Assembly: GCA_965206695.1 (NCBI GenBank)
Contig: CBDBKM010000002.1
Span: 128,001-192,000 of the forward strand
From: Chlamydiales bacterium
Lineage (GTDB): Bacteria; Chlamydiota; Chlamydiia; Chlamydiales; JAAZZY01
DNA: 64,000 nucleotides
Direction of reading: 5' to 3'
Shown here: positions 55,825 through 64,000 of the stretch, in pieces
Numbering within the stretch: position 1 is the stretch's first letter
How the letters are laid out: each line of letters opens with the position of its first letter
Program-made: the position numbers and the translations under genes
The notes under the pieces: model-generated
What the model was told of the DNA's origin: nothing
What the model saw: the letters and a program-made list of their open reading frames with translations, nothing else
The model's database searches: none

Positions 55825-56701
55825 ATGACTACTACTACTGAAGCAATAAAAGTTCCTAAATATAAAGACTTTATTTTAGGAGTGGGTCAATCTTTACCTC
55901 TCCTCATCGGGTATGCAACGATTGGCATTCCTTTTGGCATTTTAGCTTTTCAAATAGGGATGCCTCACAGGGCAATCATTTTCATGGGTGTTGGTATGCG
56001 TTTGTTCTTCCCAATGTCTAGCATTGAAGACTGCACGGATGCAGTCGACCCCCAAACTCGGTTACGACGGCAGAGGGTTTGAGAGGCAGCAACTGTTTGT
56101 TGGGCTATGCGATCGTTTCCTTTATTAAAACAACCTCTTGTGTTAGAGTATTATTGATTTTTAAATCTGATCCGCTGCGTGAGCGATAGAGTGCCTGTGG
56201 AATTGTAAATAATTCCTGAGCGTCGCCCAATATGGGTTAGCAAAGACGGAGCAGCGAAGAAGCAGGAAAAGAGCAGTGAGTCAAACACGATGTTTGGCGA
56301 GATCATAAGCTTCCAACACGAAAACTCTTATTGACATGGGTAATACCGATGAAACATATTCTTTAAATATGCATAAGTATATCCGATATAGTTCTTTAAC
56401 GATTCCCAATGTCTTAGGAACTAATATTGCGGCTCACATAGCGTTTGTATCGACTTATGCTATCGGAGCTTACATTGGTGAGGCCTTCACAGGGAATCTT
56501 AATTATCTAGCCGAAGCCATACCTGTAATAACCCTTCTAACTCTTCAAATAAGAAATTTAGAACATGTTATCTTGGCTATTTTGGCTTTCTTTTTCACAA
56601 GTCTGTTTATTAATTCCGAGTCCGGCAACTATATGGGAATTAAGAACCACCCCAAAAAGCTCAGAATGTGTAAAACGCTCCTAACAATTAATTTTTTATG
56701 A
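55825..56701 (+). pseudogene. AzlC-family amino-acid exporter pseudogene
   Basis: N-half GQSLPLLIGY..IGIPFGILA; C-half KLLLTW/GNTDETYS; central part replaced by a structured insert. Confidence 0.75.
55989..56320 (+). mobile_element. ORF-less structured insert, IS607/TnpB omega-RNA-like (possible IStron remnant)
   Basis: GC-rich, multiple hairpins, GCCTGTGGA...GAAGCAGGAA motif pair, ends GTGTTGG/CCAACAC, preceded by TGGG. Confidence 0.6.
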
Positions 56702-56773
56702 TTTTCAACCAAAAAAAAAATCTCTATTGCTATACTGTGGAACTAAAAAATTTTTCCTGCTGAAATTAAAACT

Positions 56774-58207
56774 ATGAAAGAAGATAAGATCCCTACCATT
56801 AAGCTTTTTAATACAGCTACCGGGGAAAAAGAAAATCTTAGCCCGATCGTTCCCGGTGAGATTAAAATGTATACTTGTGGACCGACAGTATATGATTACG
56901 CTCACATTGGTAACTTCCGTACTTATATTTTCGAAGATATCTTACGTAGAACCTTAAAATTTTTTGGCTTCAAAGTCACTCAAGTTATGAATTTAACAGA
57001 TGTTGATGATAAAACAATTAAAGGTGCTATAGCACAAGGCTACTCCTTAGATGAATATACCGATCAATATAAAAGAGCTTTTTTTGATGATATAAGCACA
57101 CTAAATATTGAGACGGTAGAAGCTTATCCTGCTGCAACCGATTATATCGACGATATGATTCGAATGATTGAAACGCTATTAAAAAAAAAGTACGCCTACA
57201 AAAGTAAGGATAATAGCATTTACTATAGTATTAAAAAATTTCCTAAATATGGTTGTTTATCTCATCTAAATATGGATGATTTACAAGTCAATGCTTCCAC
57301 AAGAATTTCCGGCGATGAATATGACAAAGAATACATTTCCGATTTTGTCTTATGGAAAAGTTATAATGAGCACAGAGATGGGGGCCTCTACTGGGATAGT
57401 CCTTTTGGGCCGGGACGTCCGGGGTGGCATTTAGAATGCTCAACTATGGCAATGAAACTTTTAGGTGAAACCATCGACATACATGTCGGAGGAGTAGACA
57501 ATATTTTTCCTCATCATGAAAACGAGATAGCTCAATCAGAAGCTTGTAGCGAAAAAACATTTGCTAACGTCTGGATGCATGCCGAACATCTCATTGTAGA
57601 TGGGAAAAAAATGTCTAAAAGTTTAGGGAATTTTTATACTCTAAGGGATTTACTAGATCGCAAATACTCAAGTATGCAAGTACGTTATATGTTATTGCAA
57701 ACTCATTATAAAACGCCTCTTAACTTTACTTTAGAGGGTCTAAAGGCTGCCGGACATGCTTTAGATCGACTCAATACCTTCATTGATCGAATGCTTAAAA
57801 TCAAAACTCGAGAATCTTCTCATCAAGTTGATGATCTGATACGAAACACTAAACAACAATTTTTACATGCCTTATCTGATGACCTAAATATCTCTAGTGC
57901 ATTAGCATCTATTTTTGATTTAATCCGAGCAATCAATACTTTATCGGATGCTAATCGGGTCAGCCAAGATGATGCTTTAGCTATACTCGATATTTTAAAA
58001 TCTTTTAACTCTGTCTTAGGCGCTATGTCTTTTAAATCTGTAACAGAAACCCTTCCTGAAGAAATTGAACAAGCGCTGCAAAAAAGGGAGAAGGCCAGAA
58101 AAGATAAAAACTGGGCTCTTTCTGATAAGCTAAGAGATTATATTATCAACGAAGGCTATCATATTGAAGACACTCCAACCGGGACAGTTATAAAACCAAA
58201 AAATTAG
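56774..58207 (+). CDS. cysS: cysteine--tRNA ligase
   Basis: CGPTVY, HIGN, GRPGWHLEC, FPHHENE, KMSKS. Confidence 0.98.
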   Translation: MKEDKIPTIKLFNTATGEKENLSPIVPGEIKMYTCGPTVYDYAHIGNFRTYIFEDILRRTLKFFGFKVTQVMNLTDVDDKTIKGAIAQGYSLDEYTDQYKRAFFDDISTLNIETVEAYPAATDYIDDMIRMIETLLKKKYAYKSKDNSIYYSIKKFPKYGCLSHLNMDDLQVNASTRISGDEYDKEYISDFVLWKSYNEHRDGGLYWDSPFGPGRPGWHLECSTMAMKLLGETIDIHVGGVDNIFPHHENEIAQSEACSEKTFANVWMHAEHLIVDGKKMSKSLGNFYTLRDLLDRKYSSMQVRYMLLQTHYKTPLNFTLEGLKAAGHALDRLNTFIDRMLKIKTRESSHQVDDLIRNTKQQFLHALSDDLNISSALASIFDLIRAINTLSDANRVSQDDALAILDILKSFNSVLGAMSFKSVTETLPEEIEQALQKREKARKDKNWALSDKLRDYIINEGYHIEDTPTGTVIKPKN

Positions 58208-59791
58208 TTATCCTTTGGGTTTCATAAGAGGAAAATATAAAACATCCCGAATGGAAATATTGTTTGTAAATAACATAACAATACGGTCAACTCCCATACC
58301 CATACCACCTGCCGGTGGCATACCTTGACAAAGAGCCTCAATAAAGTCTTCATCTAAAGGATGAGCTTCTTCATCACCTGATTCTTTTCTTTTGACCTGA
58401 TCTTCAAAAAGCTTTCGTTGAATCACAGGATCATTCAATTCCGTATAAGCATTGCAAATTTCATTTCCCAGAATATAACTTTCGAATCGTTCGACTATTC
58501 CATTATTTGCCTCATCAGGGTCTCTATGAGGCTTACATAAAGGTGTTGTCTCGATAGGATGATCAATGACATGAACCGGTTGAATCAAGTGCTCTTCAAC
58601 CTTGCTTTCAAATAGCAGGGAAATCATCAATCCTTTAGAAGCCGTCTTTATTAATTTTGGATCTTCTTCTCCGATTTCCGAAAGCAACTTCCTAAGTTCC
58701 TCAATATCCATTGCATCTACATCAATATTAGCATATTGCTTAATACCAAGTTTCATCGGCAAACGTGTCCAAGGCGCTTTCATATCAAGATTAATAATCT
58801 CATCATTAGAATTCTTAAAAGGAACAACTGTAGTCCCAAAAAGTTCTTTAGCTAATCTTTCGAAAAAGTTTTCAACAAAACACATCATATTATTGTAGTC
58901 CCAATAAGCAGCATAAGCCTCGACCTCTGTAAATTCCGGATTATGTGTCTTATCTATCCCTTCATTTCTAAATACTTTTCCAATTTCAAAAACTTTAGAA
59001 ATTCCACCAACTAATAATTTTTTTAAATCGATCTCTAAAGAAATGCGTAAGAACATTTGTTGATGATCTAATGCATTCAAATGCGTTATAAAAGGTTTGG
59101 CATTGGCTCCACCGTAAATGTTTTGTAAGATAGGAGTTTCCACTTCTAAAAAACCTTCTTCCATGCAGTAGCTTCTTAAAATTGAAATAATATTTGAACG
59201 AGTAACAAAGGTATCCACAACTTCAGGTGTACTAATAAGATCTAGCCAACGTTTTCGATAACGTATTTCCTTATCTGCTAAACCACTATGCTTATCGGGT
59301 AAGGGTAATAATGCCTTACATAAGAGTGTGACTTTCTTAGCAAAAATAGTCAGCTCTCTTTTTTGAGTTCTAAAAAGGTTACCTTCAATACCAATGATAT
59401 CTCCTAAATCTATTTTCTTTTCGATGAATTTAATGTGATTTAACGGTTCTTCTGAGCGCGAGGGATCATAACTTTCAACAATAGTTTTATCACGATTGAA
59501 CATCACCTGTATTCGAGCGGTTTCATCTTGAATATGTCCAAAAGCGTTTTTACCCATAGCTCTAAAAAGAATTAGGCGCCCGGCAACAATGACATTAGGA
59601 GTGTCGGCATTCGATGCATCTTCACTATTCCCTATGCTTTCTGATTCATATTCCTCGGCTAAAGATTTGGCTTGTTTCGTTGGAGTAAAATAATGGGGGT
59701 AAGGCTTGACCCCTAATGCTTGAATTTCTTTCAGCTTTTTTGAACGATTAATAAATTCTTCTTGTTTGTGATATTCAGGTAACTCAGACAT
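58208..59791 (-). CDS. lysS: lysine--tRNA ligase (class II)
   Basis: GGANAKPF, FRNEGID.THNPEF, NAYTELNDP, GMPPAGG; start ATG 59791 after AAGGA; stop abuts cysS stop. Confidence 0.97.
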   Translation of the reverse strand: MSELPEYHKQEEFINRSKKLKEIQALGVKPYPHYFTPTKQAKSLAEEYESESIGNSEDASNADTPNVIVAGRLILFRAMGKNAFGHIQDETARIQVMFNRDKTIVESYDPSRSEEPLNHIKFIEKKIDLGDIIGIEGNLFRTQKRELTIFAKKVTLLCKALLPLPDKHSGLADKEIRYRKRWLDLISTPEVVDTFVTRSNIISILRSYCMEEGFLEVETPILQNIYGGANAKPFITHLNALDHQQMFLRISLEIDLKKLLVGGISKVFEIGKVFRNEGIDKTHNPEFTEVEAYAAYWDYNNMMCFVENFFERLAKELFGTTVVPFKNSNDEIINLDMKAPWTRLPMKLGIKQYANIDVDAMDIEELRKLLSEIGEEDPKLIKTASKGLMISLLFESKVEEHLIQPVHVIDHPIETTPLCKPHRDPDEANNGIVERFESYILGNEICNAYTELNDPVIQRKLFEDQVKRKESGDEEAHPLDEDFIEALCQGMPPAGGMGMGVDRIVMLFTNNISIRDVLYFPLMKPKG

Positions 59792-59931
59792 ATTTTCCTT
59801 TATAAAATAATCGGATTCTAATTTTGAAGGCATTTTACTTCTCTTGTTTTAATTAATCAATCTCATTAAAGAGTTCTTAAGAAGATTAGACTTGTTGCGA
59901 ACTAACTTTTTAGAAGCGAACAGATGATTAA

Positions 59932-61331
59932 CCCGAATATTTCATAAAAATCGAAAAAAAGAATGAGTATTTTTACTTAACTTGTTAAAGTATAGTTGCA
60001 TTAAACATAACAAATAAGAAAAATATTCATGATAAAATGTAACACAAAACAAATCAATTTTTCACCCATAAAATCTAAAAGAATAGAATATTCTTTTACC
60101 GGCGGTAACATTACAAGTGATGGTGGGGTTATTTTACTGCGTCAAGTCGATAAAAAGCTAAAGCTGACTGAACAAGCAACCGATTGTATACCTGATAAAC
60201 GCAATCCTAATTATGTGACATATAGCACACTCGAAATGCTGCGTCAAAGAGTATATGGTATTGCTTTGGGTTATGAGGATTTAAACGATCATGATAAACT
60301 TAAAGATGACGGTGCTATTCAAACGGCAATTGATTTTGAACATCCTTTAGCAAGTAGTCCTATACTGTGCCGTTTTGAAAACCGAGCAGACAGAGAAGCC
60401 GCAGTTAAAATTAGTCGCATTTTAGTTGAATCATTTAAAAAACCTCCTCAAGAGCTTATTTTAGATTTTGATGCTACTGATTATCCCGTACATGGTAATC
60501 AGGAAGGGAAATTTTACCATGGATATTATAGAAAAGACTGCTTCTTACCGCTGCATGTTTTTTGCGGTAGTCATTTGCTTGTCTCCTATCTTAGAAGAAG
60601 TAGTGAAGATCAGGCAAAACATTCTTGGACTGTTTTATCTCTTTTAGTCAAAAGGCTACGACAGGTGTGGCCGGATTGTTCTATTATATTTCGTGCAGAC
60701 AGCGGCTTTTGCAGGCATAAGATTTTTGATTGGTGTGAGAAAAACCAAGTTGATTTTGTTGTAGGTATCGCAGGAAATAAATGCTTAAAAAGAGAAATCA
60801 CAGAAACAATGAATGAAGCAGAAAAACGTTTCAAGGAAACACAGGAAAAGCAGCGTTTATTTACTTCTTTTCTCTATGCTGCAAAGAGTTGAAAAAAAGA
60901 AAGAAGAATGATAGCTAAAGCAGAACATACTTCTAAAGGTGCCAATCCTCGATTTACCGTAACCTCTCTTACGAACGATCCGCAAAAAATTTATGATAAA
61001 AGTTATTGTGCAAGAGGAGATCCGGAAAACCGTATTAAAGAACAGTTACTCTTATTTTCGGATCGTACCTCCTGTCATAAATGGTGGCCTAATCAATTAC
61101 GGCTTTTATTTTCTGCTTATTGCACATCGAATCTCGCATTGGTAAAAAGTGACAGAACCACGTCACTCCAACTTTAAGAAGAAGGCGTGTAAAATAGTTG
61201 GGGGTAAGGGGGAGGTGTGTCCTGCAATCATCTTATTTTTTGACAAACAGAGCATTTTCACTAATTTATCCTTTTTTCTAAAATTCAAGCCTCTTACGGA
61301 AAGTATCAATGAGTTTTAGGAAATATTCGGG
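59932..61331 (+). mobile_element. IS1380-family element, inactivated
   Basis: TIRs CCCGAATATTTC / GAAATATTCGGG; ITSDGG, LDFDAT, RADSGF, ENRIKE; in-frame TGA at 60890 and altered C-terminus. Confidence 0.9.
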
Positions 61332-61664
61332 TTAGATGCTTTTATTAGAGTGCTTGTTGAACTTCGTACCTCTCAGATTAATGGCTGTGTATCTTGCATT
61401 AAGATGCATTCAGACGAAGCTAAAATAATTGGCATTAGTGAAGAAAAGCTTCAAGCATTACCGCACCGGTCTTCTTCTGATCTTTTTACAGATAAAGAAA
61501 AAGCTGCTTTTGGTTGGTGCGAAAAAGTCAATCACTTGGAAAAAGATCATACTGAAAGTATAGCTTCATTATCGGATCATTATTCCGATAGAGAAATCGT
61601 AGACTTAACTCTTTGTATCTCCCTTATGAACGCTTTAAATAGAATGGCCATCTTTTTAAGATAA
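61332..61664 (+). pseudogene. AhpD/carboxymuconolactone-decarboxylase-like protein, 5'-truncated by IS1380
   Basis: LVELRTSQINGCVSCIKMH, FTDKEKAA, MNALNR; frame starts at the IS end. Confidence 0.75.
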
Positions 61665-61734
61665 GTATTTTAATCTTGTCTGAGTATTGAAGAATTGATA
61701 CATCTATTCTTTTCAATACCTATGAATGTAGTCA

Positions 61735-63258
61735 ATGACTTCTACTGAGAAGAAAAAACGCTTATTAGCTAGTATTGGTATTTTATCAGGTATCTTTATT
61801 TGCGCTTTAGATTGGTCTATTGTTAGCACTGCTCTACCTGTCATTCAAAATAAATTAAATACCTCTATTGTTGAACTCCAATGGATCATGAATATCTTTG
61901 GGGTGTGTATATCATCCCTTTTAGTGACCATGGGACGAATATCTGATCTATATGGAAGAAGACGTATATTTCTAATAGGCATTACTATTTTCGGTATATC
62001 TTCTGTATTAGGAGGGATGGCGCCTAACGCTACCTGGCTTTTAATTTGTAGGGGATTTCAAGGTATATCGGCATCTATCTTATTTCCCGGCTCTCAATCT
62101 TTAATGATACATGCTTATCCTGATGAACAAAAGGGAAGAGCTTTAGGTATCTGGTCTGCTGTAACCGGTATAGCTTTATCTTTAGGCCCTGTTTTAGGAG
62201 GGATAATTGTCTCTTTCTTAAGTTGGCGCTGGATATTTTATATTAACTTTCCGATAGCTGTTTTTAGTTTTATATTTGTCCGCCTATCCGTCTTAGAATC
62301 CAAGGATACCGAAGGGAATATGAAAATCGATTGGTGGGGTGTTACCTTTCTAACATTGACTATTGCCACATTAGTGATATCTATTATTCAAGCTCCTATC
62401 TGGGGATGGAATAGCCCGGTTTTCATTATTTTGTTTGTCATCGGATGTCTTTTATTGATTATTTTTTTACTAATAGAGAAAAAAGTGGAGTATCCGATCA
62501 TTAAAATAGAGCTGTTTTTAAAGCCTGCTTTTATAAGAAGCTCTATTACCAATTTTAGTTTAGTTTTTTATGTATGGTCTATTTTCTTTTTAATGCCACT
62601 ATATCTACATAATGTATTGAATTTTGAACCATATCTTGTCGGATTTGTGATGCTTGCTATCACTCTTCCCCTGGCAGCGGTGTCATTTACTGCAGGCCAC
62701 ATATATGATAGGAAAGGGATCAAATTTCTATTAATTCCTTCCTATATATTTCTTATTGTATCCATCTTTCTTCAGACCTTTTTAAGCTCATCTTTTCAAC
62801 CGGGTATTTTGATAGCAGCTTTATTGATTATGGGAATAGGTTGGGGGTTTATATGGAGCCCTTCAACAACAGCCGGGATATCTACACTCCCTAAAAATGT
62901 TTCTAATCTAGCAGCTGGAGCTTTAGCTACTATGCAAGAAATAGGAGGAGCTGTAGGTTTAGCGATTGCTGGGTCTTTATTTCGTTATTACGATCAACTC
63001 GCTTTGGATAGAAGCTTAAAAGAGGAAGGGATCGTACTGTCTGATTCTAAATTACAAATGCTAAGAAGTCTTATGGACGATCCTGAAGCTTTTAAAAAGC
63101 ATTTTCAATCGTTTGGTTCCCAAACGACAAAAATCCCAGAGCTAGTCAAAAGCTCTTTTATGAGTGGGTTTACAACTACGATGTGGTTGTTATTTGTTTT
63201 GCTTGTGGTAGCTCTTGTACTTTGTTTGTTTCTTTTGCCTAAAAAAGAGACAAACTAA
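61735..63258 (+). CDS. DHA2-family (14-TM) MFS efflux transporter
   Basis: LDWSIVSTALP, GRISDLYGRR, WRWIFYINFP. Confidence 0.92.
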   Translation: MTSTEKKKRLLASIGILSGIFICALDWSIVSTALPVIQNKLNTSIVELQWIMNIFGVCISSLLVTMGRISDLYGRRRIFLIGITIFGISSVLGGMAPNATWLLICRGFQGISASILFPGSQSLMIHAYPDEQKGRALGIWSAVTGIALSLGPVLGGIIVSFLSWRWIFYINFPIAVFSFIFVRLSVLESKDTEGNMKIDWWGVTFLTLTIATLVISIIQAPIWGWNSPVFIILFVIGCLLLIIFLLIEKKVEYPIIKIELFLKPAFIRSSITNFSLVFYVWSIFFLMPLYLHNVLNFEPYLVGFVMLAITLPLAAVSFTAGHIYDRKGIKFLLIPSYIFLIVSIFLQTFLSSSFQPGILIAALLIMGIGWGFIWSPSTTAGISTLPKNVSNLAAGALATMQEIGGAVGLAIAGSLFRYYDQLALDRSLKEEGIVLSDSKLQMLRSLMDDPEAFKKHFQSFGSQTTKIPELVKSSFMSGFTTTMWLLFVLLVVALVLCLFLLPKKETN

Positions 63259-63418
63259 TCTTTAGCAAAGCTCATAGTTTTAAACTCTTTTCGACTTAAG
63301 AACCAGTAGACTAGTAAATTAACCCCGCACAGGACAAAATAAGTGATAAATAGAGGCTTTTGATTATTTGATCTTAAAAGAGAGCCAAAGCCGGTGATAA
63401 TAGATGCTATAATGATAA

Positions 63419-63535
63419 TTGACAGCTCCCAACCCGAAAGGGAAGGGATTCCTAATTCATCGACCACTGCTAACAAACAAGCTAGTCTAACATGATCTCC
63501 AAAGGCTTAAATTACCGACTGCCCTGCGGTATCGA
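63419..63535 (-). ncRNA. putative TnpB omega-RNA/right end of IS605-family element
   Basis: Overlaps tnpB stop; ACCGCAGGGCAGTCGGT and GCCTTTGGAGA motifs, terminal hairpin, TCAA end at 63419. Confidence 0.65.
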
Positions 63536-64000
63536 GATTAATAGATGCATTAAGATCTCTATCGTGTGTTACTTTGCAGTTTGGACACTGCCAACTTCTC
63601 ACACTTAAATCTAAAATTTCTATTTGGTACCGGCAGGCAGAGCATAGTTTTGAACCGGCAAAAAATTGATCTAATTCCACTATATTTCTTCCGTACCATT
63701 TACACTTATACTTTAAAAATGTTAAAAACCGGCTCCATCCTGCATCCGATATATGCTTGGAAAGTTTTTTATTTTTTAACATCTTATTAATATTTAACCC
63801 TTCTATCGTGATCGTTTGGTTTTCACGAGCCAACTTTGTAGAAAGTTTATGATGAAAGTCCTGCCTTATATTTTTTATCTTCGAATGTATCGAAGCCACC
63901 GATCTTCTTTTTTTGAGTCTGTTTTTACCTTTGACTTTAGCTTTGCTAAGAGAACGTTGTTTTCTTTTTAGTCTTTTCTTATGAAATCTAAAAGGTTTAG
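63507..64000 (-). CDS. tnpB: TnpB RNA-guided nuclease, C-terminal part (continues beyond window; possible +1 frameshift near 63975)
   Basis: DFHHKLS, TIEGL, DAGW..F, SKLCS.C, W.CP.C...HDRDLNASIN. Confidence 0.9.
   Translation of the reverse strand, partial: KPFRFHKKRLKRKQRSLSKAKVKGKNRLKKRRSVASIHSKIKNIRQDFHHKLSTKLARENQTITIEGLNINKMLKNKKLSKHISDAGWSRFLTFLKYKCKWYGRNIVELDQFFAGSKLCSACRYQIEILDLSVRSWQCPNCKVTHDRDLNASINLDTAGQSVI

Noticed and set aside
56055..56085. Twister-ribozyme-like words CGGTTAC...GCAGAGGG
   Set aside because: No AAGC loop, UAA cleavage strand or pseudoknot complementarity
55983..56341. CATGGGT direct repeat as target duplication giving an in-frame azlC fusion
   Set aside because: Sequence 56321..56340 (KLLLTW) looks like genuine AzlC, and the fusion would still lack the conserved centre
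60890..60892. In-frame TGA at a likely Trp position suggesting genetic code 4
   Set aside because: TGA is a normal stop elsewhere (e.g. 1582..1584, 46733..46735); this is a nonsense mutation in a dead IS
2315..63790. Short antisense or overlapping ORFs in the track (e.g. 3536..3739, 12689..13042, 38298..38621, 44526..44822, 58602..58898)
   Set aside because: Shadows of well-supported genes with no recognisable motifs
1..64000. CRISPR array, tRNA, rRNA, tmRNA, RNase P RNA
   Set aside because: No spaced direct repeats or diagnostic motifs seen; the structured insert at 55989..56320 lacks tmRNA and RNase P signatures

Overview
Chromosomal window (roughly one-third G+C) of a Chlamydiota bacterium, probably outside Chlamydiaceae given purA, lpxI and the heavy IS load. 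It keeps typical chlamydial gene blocks: rsmB-surA-like-rsmA, dacC, lptE-bamD-dnaE-uhpC, hisS-aspS-mip-trmL-trxA, fabI, lpxD-skp-bamA-recR, purA-uppS-cdsA-cmk-plsC, uvrC-Asp23-rpsN-rpmJ and cysS/lysS. These are interrupted by about 15 IS elements or remnants (IS30, IS1634, IS630, IS5, IS3, IS701, IS1380, ISNCY-like, IS200/IS605), several of them nested, plus several pseudogenes. Main signals: (1) a window-wide drive converting CTGG/CCAG to CCGG that rewrites conserved residues, suggesting a CCGG-specific m5C/Vsr-type repair bias; (2) a ~330-nt GC-rich, hairpin-rich, ORF-less insert in an azlC pseudogene, with an IS607/TnpB omega-RNA-like 3' half and a group I intron P7-like motif (miniature IStron-like element); (3) dnaE broken by seven single-base homopolymer insertions, all +1, with no independent nonsense mutations; (4) orphan IS605 omega-RNA mini-elements matching the TnpB element at the window end; (5) an IS1634 copy shredded by many short deletions. 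No rRNA, tRNA or CRISPR array was seen. All family assignments come from motif recognition, not database searches.
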